Below are positions 22,728 to 32,945 of a DNA stretch of 64,000 bases, one piece after another (the first letter of the stretch is position 1; each line of letters opens with the position of its first letter). The notes below the pieces were generated by a model. It worked only from the letters and a program-made list of their open reading frames with translations. It had not been told where the DNA came from and ran no database searches. Position numbers and translations under genes: made by a program. This stretch comes from Alphaproteobacteria bacterium (lineage in GTDB: Bacteria > Pseudomonadota > Alphaproteobacteria > JAAXGF01): NCBI GenBank assembly GCA_963555825.3, contig CAUVXB020000002.1, positions 3,136,001 through 3,200,000 of the forward strand. Direction: 5' to 3'.

Positions 22728-24620
22728 ATGAAACCGAGGGACCACGGTCGGACCAAGGTTCTCAACCGGCGCGCTCTGCTGCTGGCCAGCGGCAAGCTCG
22801 GCCTGATGAGTGCGCTGGTCGGGCGGCTCTACTACCTGCAGGTCGTCCAGGCCGACCGCTATGCGACACTGGCCGAGGACAACCGCATCAATCTGCGCCT
22901 GCTGCCGCCGCCGCGCGGGCGCATCCTCGACCGTAACGGTGTGTTGCTGGCGAGCAACCGGCTCACTTATCGCGTCGTGCTGGTCTCCGAGCAGACGCCG
23001 AGCGTCGAGGCAACGCTCGACCGGCTCGGCAAGCTGATCCCGATCAGCGAACAGGAGTACAGAAAAGTTCTGCGCGAAAGCCACCGCAAGCGGGGCTTCG
23101 TACCGATCACCGTACGCGAGAACCTGAGCTGGGCCGAGGTCGCGCGCGTCGAGGTCAACGCCCCGGACCTGCCCGGCGTGATCATCGACGTTGGACAAAG
23201 CCGATACTATGGGCTGGGCGTGACCGCCGCCCACATCACGGGCTACGTCGCGCCGGTGTCGGAGGACGATCTGACCGGGGAACCACTGCTCGAGCTGCCC
23301 GACTTCCGGATCGGCCGGTCGGGCATCGAGAAGACCTATGATTTGGCGCTGCGCGGTTCGGCCGGCAACAGCCAGGTCGAGGTCAACGCCTATGGCCGAG
23401 TGATTCGCGAGCTGGCGCGCCAGGACGGCGAGCCGGGCGACGACGTTTCCCTGACCATCGATATCGGTTTGCAGAGCTATGTCACCGAGCGGGTCGCCGA
23501 ACAAAGCGCCGCCGTCGCCGTGCTCGATATTCACAATGGCGACGTGCTCGCACTCGCCTCGACGCCCAGTTTCGACCCGAACGCCTTCAACGAAGGCATG
23601 ACCCAGGCGGCTTGGCAGGCGCTGTTGCACAACCCGCGCAAGCCGCTCTCCAACAAGGCCATCGCCGGCCAGTACCCGCCCGGTTCGACCTTCAAGATGG
23701 TCGTCGCGCTGGCGGCGCTCGAGAACGGCGTCGTCGGACCCGATCACAAGGTCACCTGTAGCGGCGAGATGGAGCTGGGCGACCGCGTCTTTCACTGTTG
23801 GAAGCGCTATGGCCACGGCGAACGCCGGATGATCGATGCGATCGAGCAGTCCTGCGACCTCTATTTCTACGATATTGCGCGGCGCATCGGCATCGATCGC
23901 ATCGCCGAGATGGCGCGCCGCCTCGGCCTCGGCCAGGCGACCGGTATCGACCTGCCCGGCGAGGCCGACGGGCTGGTGCCCGATCGAGCCTGGAAGCTCG
24001 CCTACATCGGCAGCTCCTGGCAAAAAGGCGAGACGGTGGTCGTCGGTATCGGCCAGGGGTTCCTGCTCGCGACGCCGCTGCAGCTCGCCACCATGGTGGC
24101 GCGGCTCGCCAACGGCGGCGTGGCGGTGACGCCGCGCCTGTTGCGCCGACAGGGCAAGCCGACGGCCGCGGCGGTCGATGTTGCCGCCCCGGTGTTCGAT
24201 TCCATAGGACTGTCGCCGTCCGCGCTCGCCGTCGTTACGCGAGGCATGGACAGGGTGTCGAACAGCCCCTACGGCACGGCGTTCCGCGCGCGCATCGAAG
24301 AGCCGGGCATGGCGCTCGCCGGCAAGACCGGCACCTCGCAGGTGCGCCGCATTTCCAAGGCCGAGCGCAAGTCGGGCGTGCGCAAGAACGTGGAGAAGCC
24401 GTGGACCGAGCGTGACCACGCGCTGTTCGTCGCCTTCGCGCCGGTCGAGGCGCCGCGCTACGCGATCGCCGTGGTCGTCGAGCACGGTAGCTCGGGTGCA
24501 CGCACCGCCGCGCCGATTGCGCGCGACATTCTGCTCGAGACCCAGCGGCGCGATCCGGCGCGCAGTGACGACATCCCCGGGCGGCTCGTCGGGGACGCGC
24601 CGGGCTCAGGCGACGCGTGA
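22728..24620 (+). CDS. mrdA: penicillin-binding protein 2
   Basis: PRGRILDRNG, YPPGSTFK (SxxK), SCD and AGKTGT. Confidence 0.97.
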   Translation: MKPRDHGRTKVLNRRALLLASGKLGLMSALVGRLYYLQVVQADRYATLAEDNRINLRLLPPPRGRILDRNGVLLASNRLTYRVVLVSEQTPSVEATLDRLGKLIPISEQEYRKVLRESHRKRGFVPITVRENLSWAEVARVEVNAPDLPGVIIDVGQSRYYGLGVTAAHITGYVAPVSEDDLTGEPLLELPDFRIGRSGIEKTYDLALRGSAGNSQVEVNAYGRVIRELARQDGEPGDDVSLTIDIGLQSYVTERVAEQSAAVAVLDIHNGDVLALASTPSFDPNAFNEGMTQAAWQALLHNPRKPLSNKAIAGQYPPGSTFKMVVALAALENGVVGPDHKVTCSGEMELGDRVFHCWKRYGHGERRMIDAIEQSCDLYFYDIARRIGIDRIAEMARRLGLGQATGIDLPGEADGLVPDRAWKLAYIGSSWQKGETVVVGIGQGFLLATPLQLATMVARLANGGVAVTPRLLRRQGKPTAAAVDVAAPVFDSIGLSPSALAVVTRGMDRVSNSPYGTAFRARIEEPGMALAGKTGTSQVRRISKAERKSGVRKNVEKPWTERDHALFVAFAPVEAPRYAIAVVVEHGSSGARTAAPIARDILLETQRRDPARSDDIPGRLVGDAPGSGDA

Positions 24621-24633
24621 GGGCGTCGAACCG

Positions 24634-25779
24634 ATGACGAGCAACGAGACCAGCGCGAACGGCATACCCCTCGGCGTCAAACTCCGGCACATCAGTTGGG
24701 GTCTGATCCTGCTGCTGTCGCTGACCGCCTGTTTCGGGTTCGCCATGCTGTATTCGGCGGCCAACGGCAGTTGGGATCCATGGGCGGCGCGCCAGATGCA
24801 ACGCTTCGGCGCCGGCATCGTGTTGATGATCATCATCGCCTTGGTCGATATCCGCATATGGCTGCGCTACGCGTACGCCTTGTACGCGATCGGCCTGGTC
24901 CTGCTCGGTATGGTCGAGGTCATCGGCGCGGTCGGCGGCGGCGCGACGCGCTGGATCGATCTCGGGTTGTTTCGCCTGCAACCGTCCGAGATCATGAAGG
25001 TCGCGCTCGTGCTTGCGCTGGCGCGCTATTTTCACGGCCTTTCCCTCGAGGAGGTGCGCCGACCGCTGTTGATTCTGCCACCGCTCGTGCTGGTGCTGAT
25101 GCCGGCGGCCCTGATGCTGCGCCAACCCGACCTCGGCACGGCGGTCCTGGTTCTGGTCATCGGCGGCGCGCTGTTTCTGCTCGCCGGCGTGCGCCTGTGG
25201 ATGTTCGTCGCGGCGTTCGGCGCCGGCGTCGCGGTGATACCGCTCGGCTGGCAATTCCTGCGCAGCTACCAGCAGGAACGCATCCTGACCTTCCTCAACC
25301 CCGACCGCGACCCGCTCGGCGCCGGCTATCACATCCTGCAGTCGAAGATCGCGCTCGGCTCGGGCGGGCTGGCCGGCAAGGGCTTCCTGGGCGGCACGCA
25401 GAGCCACCTGAGCTTCTTGCCCGAAATGCAGACCGACTTCATCTTCACCATGCTGGCCGAGGAATTCGGCCTGATCGGCGGGCTCGTGCTTCTGGGCCTC
25501 TATCTGCTGATCCTGATCTACGGCTATGCCATCAGCCTGCGCTCGACGAGCCAGTTCGGCCGCCTGGTCGGGCTCGGCATTACGACGACGTTCTTCGTCT
25601 ATGTGTTCATCAATATCGCCATGGTGACCGGCTTGATCCCGGTGGTCGGCGTGCCGCTGCCGCTGGTCTCCTACGGCGGCACGGCGCTGCTGTCACTGAT
25701 GATCGGCTTCGGCCTGCTGGCCGGCGTCTATGTCCACCGCGACGTCCCGCTGCCGAGGCGCGCCGGCGCCGTGGTCTGA
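24634..25779 (+). CDS. rodA: rod shape-determining protein RodA
   Basis: GATRWI, LQPSE, QPDLGT, FLPEMQTDFIF and GVPLPLVSYGG. Confidence 0.97.
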   Translation: MTSNETSANGIPLGVKLRHISWGLILLLSLTACFGFAMLYSAANGSWDPWAARQMQRFGAGIVLMIIIALVDIRIWLRYAYALYAIGLVLLGMVEVIGAVGGGATRWIDLGLFRLQPSEIMKVALVLALARYFHGLSLEEVRRPLLILPPLVLVLMPAALMLRQPDLGTAVLVLVIGGALFLLAGVRLWMFVAAFGAGVAVIPLGWQFLRSYQQERILTFLNPDRDPLGAGYHILQSKIALGSGGLAGKGFLGGTQSHLSFLPEMQTDFIFTMLAEEFGLIGGLVLLGLYLLILIYGYAISLRSTSQFGRLVGLGITTTFFVYVFINIAMVTGLIPVVGVPLPLVSYGGTALLSLMIGFGLLAGVYVHRDVPLPRRAGAVV

Positions 25780-26134
25780 CGTCGCGCGCGATCGGCTCAA
25801 CCGCGCGCGTTGTAGATGGTATGGGGCGTCAGGTCGGGGACCGGCCATGCCTGGTAGTACGCCTCGACGTGGGGGCGCAGCCGTTCGATCAGCGCGGCGT
25901 CCTCCGAGCGGTAGGCTTGAGCGCCGAGCACCTGAGCGGCCTCGCGTCCGACCGCGTCGATGTCGAAGCGCGTCGGCCGGCCGCCGCTGAGCACGACCTC
26001 GCCGCCGACCAGCACCGTGTCGACATCGCCGGCGTCGGCGCGCATCAAGAGCAGCTCGCGCGGATCGATCTCGGGCGCGATCCAGGGCCAGGTCACGCGC
26101 GCCAAGTCGATCAGCACCAGATCGGCGGCGAAAC

Positions 26135-26681
26135 CGGGCGCGATGGCGCCGAGCGTGTCTGCCTTGCGCAGCAAGCTGGCGCCGCCCGCCGTCGCCATGT
26201 GGAGGATCCGTTCCGGCGTCGGCGCCGGCCCGTCGAAGCGCGGCGTGCGGTGCAGGCGCATGGCGAGGCGCATCTCGTCGAAATAGTCCTCGTCGTCGTT
26301 GATCGTCGTGCCGTCCATGCCCAGCGCCACCGTCGCGCCGCGCGCGAGCAGCGCGTTGAGCGGCGCGATGCCGGCGCGCAGCCGCAAGTTCGAGCTCGGG
26401 TTGTGCGAGACCGCCGCGCCGGTCTCGGCGAGCAGATCGATCTCCGGCTCGGTCAACCAGACGCCGTGTGCGATCGAGAAGCGCGGGCTGAGCACGCCCA
26501 GATCGTGCAGGTGATGGAGCGTCGGCTTGCCGTAGTAGCGCGGCCCATGAAGCATCTCGTAGAGCGATTCGGTGACGTGGGTCTGCACACCGACGTCATA
26601 CGCCTCGGCTTGGGCGGCGATACGCTGCATGAAGGCGTCCGAGACCCATTGCGGGCCGGGCGGCGCGAACCAGACGTCGAT
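26135..26681 (+). repeat. 547-bp direct repeat, copy 1 (abuts IS21 left end)
   Basis: Matches 29252-29798; the only difference I found is T26177 versus G29294. Confidence 0.95.
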
Positions 26682-26799
26682 TGAGAACGGCAGAGCAATA
26701 ATCCCCCACTGAAGCGGCCGGTCGATCCGGCTGCGGCGGACCAAAATGGGACCGCGTATAGCCTTCTGTCAGGGTTGCTCTGACTGGAAGGCGGGGGGG

Positions 26800-28299
26800 A
26801 TGTATCGGGTGGAGTTGTACGCACGGGTTCGGCGGGCGTGTCATGTCGAGGGGATGAGCACCCGCGAGGCCTCGCGGGTGTTTGGTGTAGACCGCAAGAC
26901 GGTCCGTAAGATGCTGTCGTTCTCGGTGCCGCCAGGGTATCGCCGAAGCGCGCCGCCGAGGCGGCCAAAGCTGGGTCCGTTCACGGGAATCATCGATCGG
27001 ATCTTGGAAGACGATCGGACCAGCCACCGCAAGCAACGGCACACTGCGAAGCGCATCTTCGACCGCCTCCGGGACGAGTACGGTTTCACGGGCGGCTACA
27101 CCATCGTGAAGGACTACGTTCGTGAGCAGGGGCTTCGGTCGCGTGAGGTGTTCGTGCCACTCTCCCATTCCCCCGGTCACGCCCAGGCGGACTTCGGCGA
27201 AGCGATGGCGGTGATCGGCGGCGCGTTACGGAAGATCCACTTCCTTGCCTTCGACCTTCCCCACAGTGATGGTTGCTTTGTTGCGGCCTATCCGGCGGAG
27301 ACGACCGAAGCATTCTGCGATGGCCACAACGCGGCGTTTGCCTTCTTCGGCGGCGTCCCCCGATCCATCCTGTACGACAACACCAAGCTGGCGGTTGCCC
27401 GGATCCTGGGCGATGGGAAGCGGCAGCGAACGCGCGTCTTCACGGAGCTTCAGTCCCACTATCTGTTCGAGGACAGGTTCGGCCGGCCGGGCAAGGGCAA
27501 CGACAAGGGCAAGGTCGAGGGACTGGTCGGCTTCATCCGGCGGAACTTCCTGGTCCCCGTCCCGCGTGCCGAGAGCTTCGCGGCCCTCAACGATGCTCTC
27601 GCCGAACAGTGCCGCCGGCGCCAGGCGGCGCGGCTGCGGGGCCACAAGGAGACCATCGGCGAGCGTCTCGAGCGGGATCGTCAAGTTCTCTTGCCATTGC
27701 CGCCTGCTCCCTATGATGCCTGCGATAAGCGCCCTGGACGGGCGAGTTCGCTGTCGCTGGTGCGTTACCGCAGCAACGACTATTCCGTGCCCGTGGCCTA
27801 CGGCCACCGTGAGGTGCTCATCCGGGGCTACGTCGATGAGGTGGTGATCAGCTGCGGGGCCGAGGTGATCGCCCGGCACCGCCGGTCCTACGACAGCGAG
27901 GACCTGATCTTCGACCCGCTGCATTACCTGCCCTTGATCGAGCAGAAGATCGGCGCCCTCGACCAGGCCGCGCCATTGGCGGGCTGGGACCTGCCCGAGG
28001 CCTTCATCACTCTGCGGCGGCTCCTCGAAGCTCGTATGGGCAAGGCAGGCAAGCGCGAGTACGTCCAGGTGCTCCGTCTACTGGAGACCTTCCGGCTCGA
28101 GGAGGTCGAGGGTGCGGTCGGCGACGCCCTGCGGCTCGGCGCAATCGGCTTTGATGCGGTGAAGCACCTGGTACTGTGCCGCATCGAGCGGCGGCCGCCC
28201 AGGCTCAACCTCGACGTCTATCCGTATCTGCCGCGCGCCCGGGTCGCGATGACGTCCGCCAAGTCGTACATGAGCCTGCTGTCGGGGCTCGGCGCATGA
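26800..28299 (+). CDS. istA: IS21 transposase IstA
   Basis: N-terminal HTH, QADFGE, ILYDN, KGKVE (DDE) and NDYSVP. Confidence 0.96.
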   Translation: MYRVELYARVRRACHVEGMSTREASRVFGVDRKTVRKMLSFSVPPGYRRSAPPRRPKLGPFTGIIDRILEDDRTSHRKQRHTAKRIFDRLRDEYGFTGGYTIVKDYVREQGLRSREVFVPLSHSPGHAQADFGEAMAVIGGALRKIHFLAFDLPHSDGCFVAAYPAETTEAFCDGHNAAFAFFGGVPRSILYDNTKLAVARILGDGKRQRTRVFTELQSHYLFEDRFGRPGKGNDKGKVEGLVGFIRRNFLVPVPRAESFAALNDALAEQCRRRQAARLRGHKETIGERLERDRQVLLPLPPAPYDACDKRPGRASSLSLVRYRSNDYSVPVAYGHREVLIRGYVDEVVISCGAEVIARHRRSYDSEDLIFDPLHYLPLIEQKIGALDQAAPLAGWDLPEAFITLRRLLEARMGKAGKREYVQVLRLLETFRLEEVEGAVGDALRLGAIGFDAVKHLVLCRIERRPPRLNLDVYPYLPRARVAMTSAKSYMSLLSGLGA

Positions 28300-29060
28300 C
28301 CGACACACCGCAAGTGCTGCTCGCCCACCACCTCAAGACGCTGAAGCTGCCGACCTTCCTGCGCGAGTACGACAAGATCGCCCGGCAGTGCGCCTCGGAA
28401 GGCGTCGATCACGTCCGCTACCTGTTGAGACTCGCCGAGCTCGAGCTGATCGACCGCGAGCGCCGCATGGTCGAGCGGCGCATCAAGGCGGCGCGCTTCC
28501 CCGTGGTCAAGAGCCTCGACAGCTTCGACTTCAAGGTCATCCCCTCGCTCAACAAGGCGCTGGTCCTGGAGCTGGCCCGCTGCGAGTACATCGAGCGCCG
28601 CGAGAACCTCATCGCGCTCGGCAACAGTGGGACCGGCAAGACCCACATCGCCCTCGGTCTCGGCCTGGCGGCCTGCCAGAAGGGCCTCTCGGTCGGCTTC
28701 ATCACCGCCGCCGCGCTGGTCCACGAACTCATCGAGGCCCGCGATGACAAGCAGCTGCTGAGGTTCCAGAAGAAGCTCGCCACCTACAAGCTTCTGATCG
28801 TCGACGAACTCGGCTTCGTGCCGCTGTCGAAGACCGGCGCCGAGCTGTTGTTCGAGGTGTTCAGCCAACGCTACGAGCGGGGCTCGACCCTGGTCACCAC
28901 CAATCTGCCCTTCGACGAATGGACCGAGGTGTTCGGCTCCGAGCGCCTCACCGGCGCGCTCCTCGATCGCCTCACCCACCACGTCAACATCCTCGAGATG
29001 AACGGTGACAGCTACAGGCTCAACCAGAGCCGCAGGCGTCAAACCCCGACTGCTAACTGA
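28296..29060 (+). CDS. istB: IS21 helper AAA+ ATPase IstB
   Basis: GNSGTGKT, LLIVDELG, TTNLPF.EW and LLDRLTHH; ATGA overlap with istA. Confidence 0.97.
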   Translation: MTDTPQVLLAHHLKTLKLPTFLREYDKIARQCASEGVDHVRYLLRLAELELIDRERRMVERRIKAARFPVVKSLDSFDFKVIPSLNKALVLELARCEYIERRENLIALGNSGTGKTHIALGLGLAACQKGLSVGFITAAALVHELIEARDDKQLLRFQKKLATYKLLIVDELGFVPLSKTGAELLFEVFSQRYERGSTLVTTNLPFDEWTEVFGSERLTGALLDRLTHHVNILEMNGDSYRLNQSRRRQTPTAN

Positions 29061-29251
29061 ACCGACCACCCAGCCCACGCTTGACCCCGTGGGCCCACAG
29101 GTCCCTCCCGCGCGCGCCGCCGCGTCAGCCTGTTGAGGGCACGCCGCGTCGCGCGCGGGGCCCTCCCGTGGACTACGGGGACAAGCCCGCAGCCGCCAAG
29201 CGGTCCCTTCTTACACCGCCGAGGTGGTCCCTTTTTGCTCCGCCATTGACA

Positions 29252-29798
29252 CGGGCGCGATGGCGCCGAGCGTGTCTGCCTTGCGCAGCAAGCGGGCGCC
29301 GCCCGCCGTCGCCATGTGGAGGATCCGTTCCGGCGTCGGCGCCGGCCCGTCGAAGCGCGGCGTGCGGTGCAGGCGCATGGCGAGGCGCATCTCGTCGAAA
29401 TAGTCCTCGTCGTCGTTGATCGTCGTGCCGTCCATGCCCAGCGCCACCGTCGCGCCGCGCGCGAGCAGCGCGTTGAGCGGCGCGATGCCGGCGCGCAGCC
29501 GCAAGTTCGAGCTCGGGTTGTGCGAGACCGCCGCGCCGGTCTCGGCGAGCAGATCGATCTCCGGCTCGGTCAACCAGACGCCGTGTGCGATCGAGAAGCG
29601 CGGGCTGAGCACGCCCAGATCGTGCAGGTGATGGAGCGTCGGCTTGCCGTAGTAGCGCGGCCCATGAAGCATCTCGTAGAGCGATTCGGTGACGTGGGTC
29701 TGCACACCGACGTCATACGCCTCGGCTTGGGCGGCGATACGCTGCATGAAGGCGTCCGAGACCCATTGCGGGCCGGGCGGCGCGAACCAGACGTCGAT
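29252..29798 (+). repeat. 547-bp direct repeat, copy 2 (abuts IS21 right end)
   Basis: Matches 26135-26681. Confidence 0.95.
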
Positions 29799-30590
29799 GC
29801 GGTCATGCGCGTGGTAGGCTTGCCACAGGTCGTCGATGACGCCGAAATAGTCGTCCTCGTCGATGTACTCGGCCGGCGGGATGCGGCGCGCGGCGAAGCC
29901 CCGGACGTCGTCGGGCAGGCTGGCGAGGAATGTCTCGTCCTCGCCGGCGCCCGAGACCAGGAAACACTGTGTCGTAAAGCCGGCCGCGAAGGCGACCCGG
30001 ATGCCGGCGGTGTCGTAAGCCTGGAGTGCTTGGCGCGCGTTCGCGGCGTAGGATTCAACGGTGCCGTGGTCGCTGTGGAAGTCGACCACGCTGGTGACCC
30101 CGGTGCAGAGCAGCCGCGCGGCGCTCAACAGGGTGTCGAGCCGCGGCTCGAGTCCGCGCTTCAGGCTGAGCGACAACAGCCAGGACTCGAGCAGCCGGTC
30201 CTGGACGCCCTGCTGGATCGCCGAGACGCCGTTCGAGTGATGGTGTGCGTTGATCATGCCGGGCATGATCGCGACGCGTTCCGAGCCGACGACCGTCGCG
30301 TCGGGGTGGTTGGCGCGCAGCGTCGCCCAATCGCCGAGCTCGGCGATCGTGCCGCCTTCGACGCGTACCGCCGCGTCGGTCAGCACCGCGTCGGCCTCGC
30401 CACCGCCCGTGACGATCCAGCGTCCACGCACCAGTTTCGTGTCGCCCATCGGTCGTCCCTCCCTGTGCCTGCCGTTGGTGAACGATAGGGGGCTGGCGTC
30501 GTGTCTGGCAATCCCCCGATTGGCCCGCCGAACGGGGCGCGCTATGGTGACGGCGCCACACGCGGCGTTCCTCGAAATGGCGGAGGCGGC

Positions 30591-31361
30591 ATGACTTCAA
30601 TGCAAGACACGGTTTCCATCGGCTCGGCGCGCGCCAACCGCTGGCGCGTCACCGACGATGTCGTCGACACCACGCGCCCGCCGATCGAACCGCGGCCGCT
30701 AAGCGTGGCGGCGCGGCCCAAGCGGGTGATCATCGACTTGGCACGATCGGCGTTCGTCGCGATCGACATGCAGAACGATTTCTGCGCCGAAGGCGGCTGG
30801 GTCGACCAGCAGGGTATCGACATCGCGTCGACCCGCGCGCCGATCGACCGGCTGCGCGTCTTGCTGCCGGCGTTGCGCGGCGCCACGGTGCCGATCGTCT
30901 GGGTCAATTGGGGCAACCGGCCCGACCGGCTCAACCTGAGTCCCTCGCTGCTCTACGGCTTCAACCCGTCGGGGCGCGGCGTCGGCATCGGCGACCCGTT
31001 GCCGGGCAGCGGCGCGCCGGTGCTGCAGAAGGACAGCTGGGCGGCGGCCATCGTCGACGGGCTCGAGGCTGGCCCGACCGACATCTTCGTCGACAAGTAC
31101 CGGGTCAGCGGATTCTGGGACACGCCGCTCGACAGCATCCTGCGCAACATGCAGATCACCACCCTGTTGTTCGGCGGCGTCAACCTCGACCAATGCGTCA
31201 TGTGCACGCTGCAGGACGCGTTGTTCCTGGGCTACGACTGCCTGTTAGTCGAGGATTGCGCGGGCACGACGTCACCCGATTTCTGCCGCGCGGCGACGGT
31301 CTACAATATCGGGACCGACGGCTTTATCACCGATTCGATGGCCGTCATGGCCGAGCTGTGA
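30591..31361 (+). CDS. cysteine hydrolase / isochorismatase family (RutB/BiuH-like)
   Basis: IDMQNDFC, KYRVSGF and GVNLDQCV (D-K-C triad). Confidence 0.9.
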   Translation: MTSMQDTVSIGSARANRWRVTDDVVDTTRPPIEPRPLSVAARPKRVIIDLARSAFVAIDMQNDFCAEGGWVDQQGIDIASTRAPIDRLRVLLPALRGATVPIVWVNWGNRPDRLNLSPSLLYGFNPSGRGVGIGDPLPGSGAPVLQKDSWAAAIVDGLEAGPTDIFVDKYRVSGFWDTPLDSILRNMQITTLLFGGVNLDQCVMCTLQDALFLGYDCLLVEDCAGTTSPDFCRAATVYNIGTDGFITDSMAVMAEL

Positions 31362-31381
31362 ACCAACGGGGCGCGTGAGCC

Positions 31382-32932
31382 ATGAGCGTTGAAACATTCG
31401 AGCTGACACCGGGCCGCTTGACCATCGCGGACGTTCGCCGGCTGTCGGAGCCGGGCGCCAAGATCGTCCTCGATGCGGCCGGACGCGAGGCGGTCGAGGC
31501 CGCGCTGGCCGTCGTCGGCCGGGTGATCGACGACAACCGGCGCGTGTACGGCATCAACACGGGCATGGGCACGCTCTCGGATTCGGTCATCGCCGACGAC
31601 CAGTTGAGCGAACTGCAGCGCCGGCTGGTGCTGTCGAACGCCGCCGGCACCGGCGCGCTTCTCCCCGACCGCGTGGTGCGCCGGATCATGCTGCTCAAGA
31701 TCAATACGCTCGGTCTCGCCAACTCGGGCGTGCGCCTGGCGCTGGTCGATGCGCTGATCGGCCTGTTCAACGGCGGCGCCCAGCCGTGCATTCCGTCCAA
31801 AGGATCGGTCGGCGCATCGGGCGACCTCGCGCCGCTCGCCCATCTCGCGGTCGCGCTGATCGGCGTCGGCGAGGTGCGCATCGACGGCGCGACATTCGCC
31901 GCCGATGCCGCGCTGGCGCGCCTCGGGCTCGAGCCGCTCACGCTCGCGCCCAAGGAAGGGCTCGCCATGGTCAACGGCACGCAGGTCTCGCTCGCGCTGG
32001 CGCTCGAGGGTCTGTTCGCCCTCGAGAACGCCTACGCCGCGGCGATCCTGGCCGGCGCGCTCAGTGTCGAGGCGGCACTCGGCAGCGCCGGGCCGTTCGA
32101 TCCACGGATTCACGCGGTGCGCGGCCAGCGTGGCCAGGCCGACCTCGCGGCGGTCTATCTCGGCCTGCTGGAGGACAGCGAATTTCGCGCCGCCAACGCC
32201 GCCGCGGGACGCGTCCAGGACCCCTACAGCCTGCGCTGCCAGCCGCAGGTCATGGGCGCTTCACTCGACGCCATGCGGTTCGCCGTCGAGACGCTGGGCC
32301 GCGAGGTCAACGCGGTGACCGACAACCCGCTGATCTTCGCCGATACCGGCGACATCCTCTATGGCGGCAATTTCCACGCCCAGCCGGTCGGCATGGCGGC
32401 CGATGTAATGGCGCTCGCGCTCGCCGAGACAGGCTCGATGTCCGAGCGGCGCATCGCGCTGCTGACCGACGCCAACATGAGCGGCTTGCCGCCCTTCCTG
32501 ACCGCCGAAAGCGGGCTCAACTCCGGTTTCATGGTGGCCCATGTCACGGCGGCGGCGCTGGCCAGCGAGAACAAGGCCCTGGCCAACCCACGCAGCACCG
32601 ACAGCCTGCCGACGACGGCCAATTTCGAAGACTATGTCTCGATGGCGACCCACGCGGCGCGGCGGCTCTCCGAGATGGCGGACAATTTGGCGGGCATCGT
32701 CGCGATCGAACTGCTGGCGTCGTGCCAGGGCGTGCACCTGCGGCGTCCGCTGCGCGCGAGCGCGGTGCTCGAAGGCGTTGTCGACAGCGTGCACGGCGTG
32801 GCGCCGCCGTTCGACGAGGACCGATTCTTCGCGCCCAGCATCGAGGCGGTCAAATCACTGATCGTCGGCGGCCATTTCCGGGCACTCGTGCCAGCCGAAA
32901 TCCTACCGACGGGTGATACCAAGGATCAGTGA
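31382..32932 (+). CDS. hutH: histidine ammonia-lyase (aromatic amino acid lyase family)
   Basis: GSVGASGDLAPLAH (MIO), KEGLAMVNGTQ, VQDPYSLRCQPQV and GGNFHAQP. Confidence 0.85.
   Translation: MSVETFELTPGRLTIADVRRLSEPGAKIVLDAAGREAVEAALAVVGRVIDDNRRVYGINTGMGTLSDSVIADDQLSELQRRLVLSNAAGTGALLPDRVVRRIMLLKINTLGLANSGVRLALVDALIGLFNGGAQPCIPSKGSVGASGDLAPLAHLAVALIGVGEVRIDGATFAADAALARLGLEPLTLAPKEGLAMVNGTQVSLALALEGLFALENAYAAAILAGALSVEAALGSAGPFDPRIHAVRGQRGQADLAAVYLGLLEDSEFRAANAAAGRVQDPYSLRCQPQVMGASLDAMRFAVETLGREVNAVTDNPLIFADTGDILYGGNFHAQPVGMAADVMALALAETGSMSERRIALLTDANMSGLPPFLTAESGLNSGFMVAHVTAAALASENKALANPRSTDSLPTTANFEDYVSMATHAARRLSEMADNLAGIVAIELLASCQGVHLRRPLRASAVLEGVVDSVHGVAPPFDEDRFFAPSIEAVKSLIVGGHFRALVPAEILPTGDTKDQ
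32914..32932 (+). repeat. solo MITE terminus TGATACCAAGGATCAGTGA, supplying the last codons and stop of hutH
   Basis: Matches the terminal inverted repeat of the 42316-42578 MITE with one mismatch. Confidence 0.7.
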
Positions 32933-32945
32933 GGCTGTTGCGCGC

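Larger units (their letters stand above)
26682..29251 (+). mobile_element. IS21-family insertion sequence (2570 bp)
   Basis: TG...CA termini (TGAGAACGGCAGAGCAATAATCCCCCAC / GTGGTCCCTTTTTGCTCCGCCATTGACA), reiterated subterminal GGCGG..AAAA.GGGACC.C motifs, and istA-istB. Confidence 0.95.
25797..30449 (-). pseudogene. amidohydrolase (AtzA/TrzN/MTA-deaminase-like) interrupted by IS21; 5' part 30449-29252, 3' part 26681-25797
   Basis: The 5' part has MPGMINAHHH, THVTE, AHGVW and LGMDG. The C-terminus (APGFAADLVL...VDTVLVGG) lies only on the other side of the IS. Confidence 0.9.
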
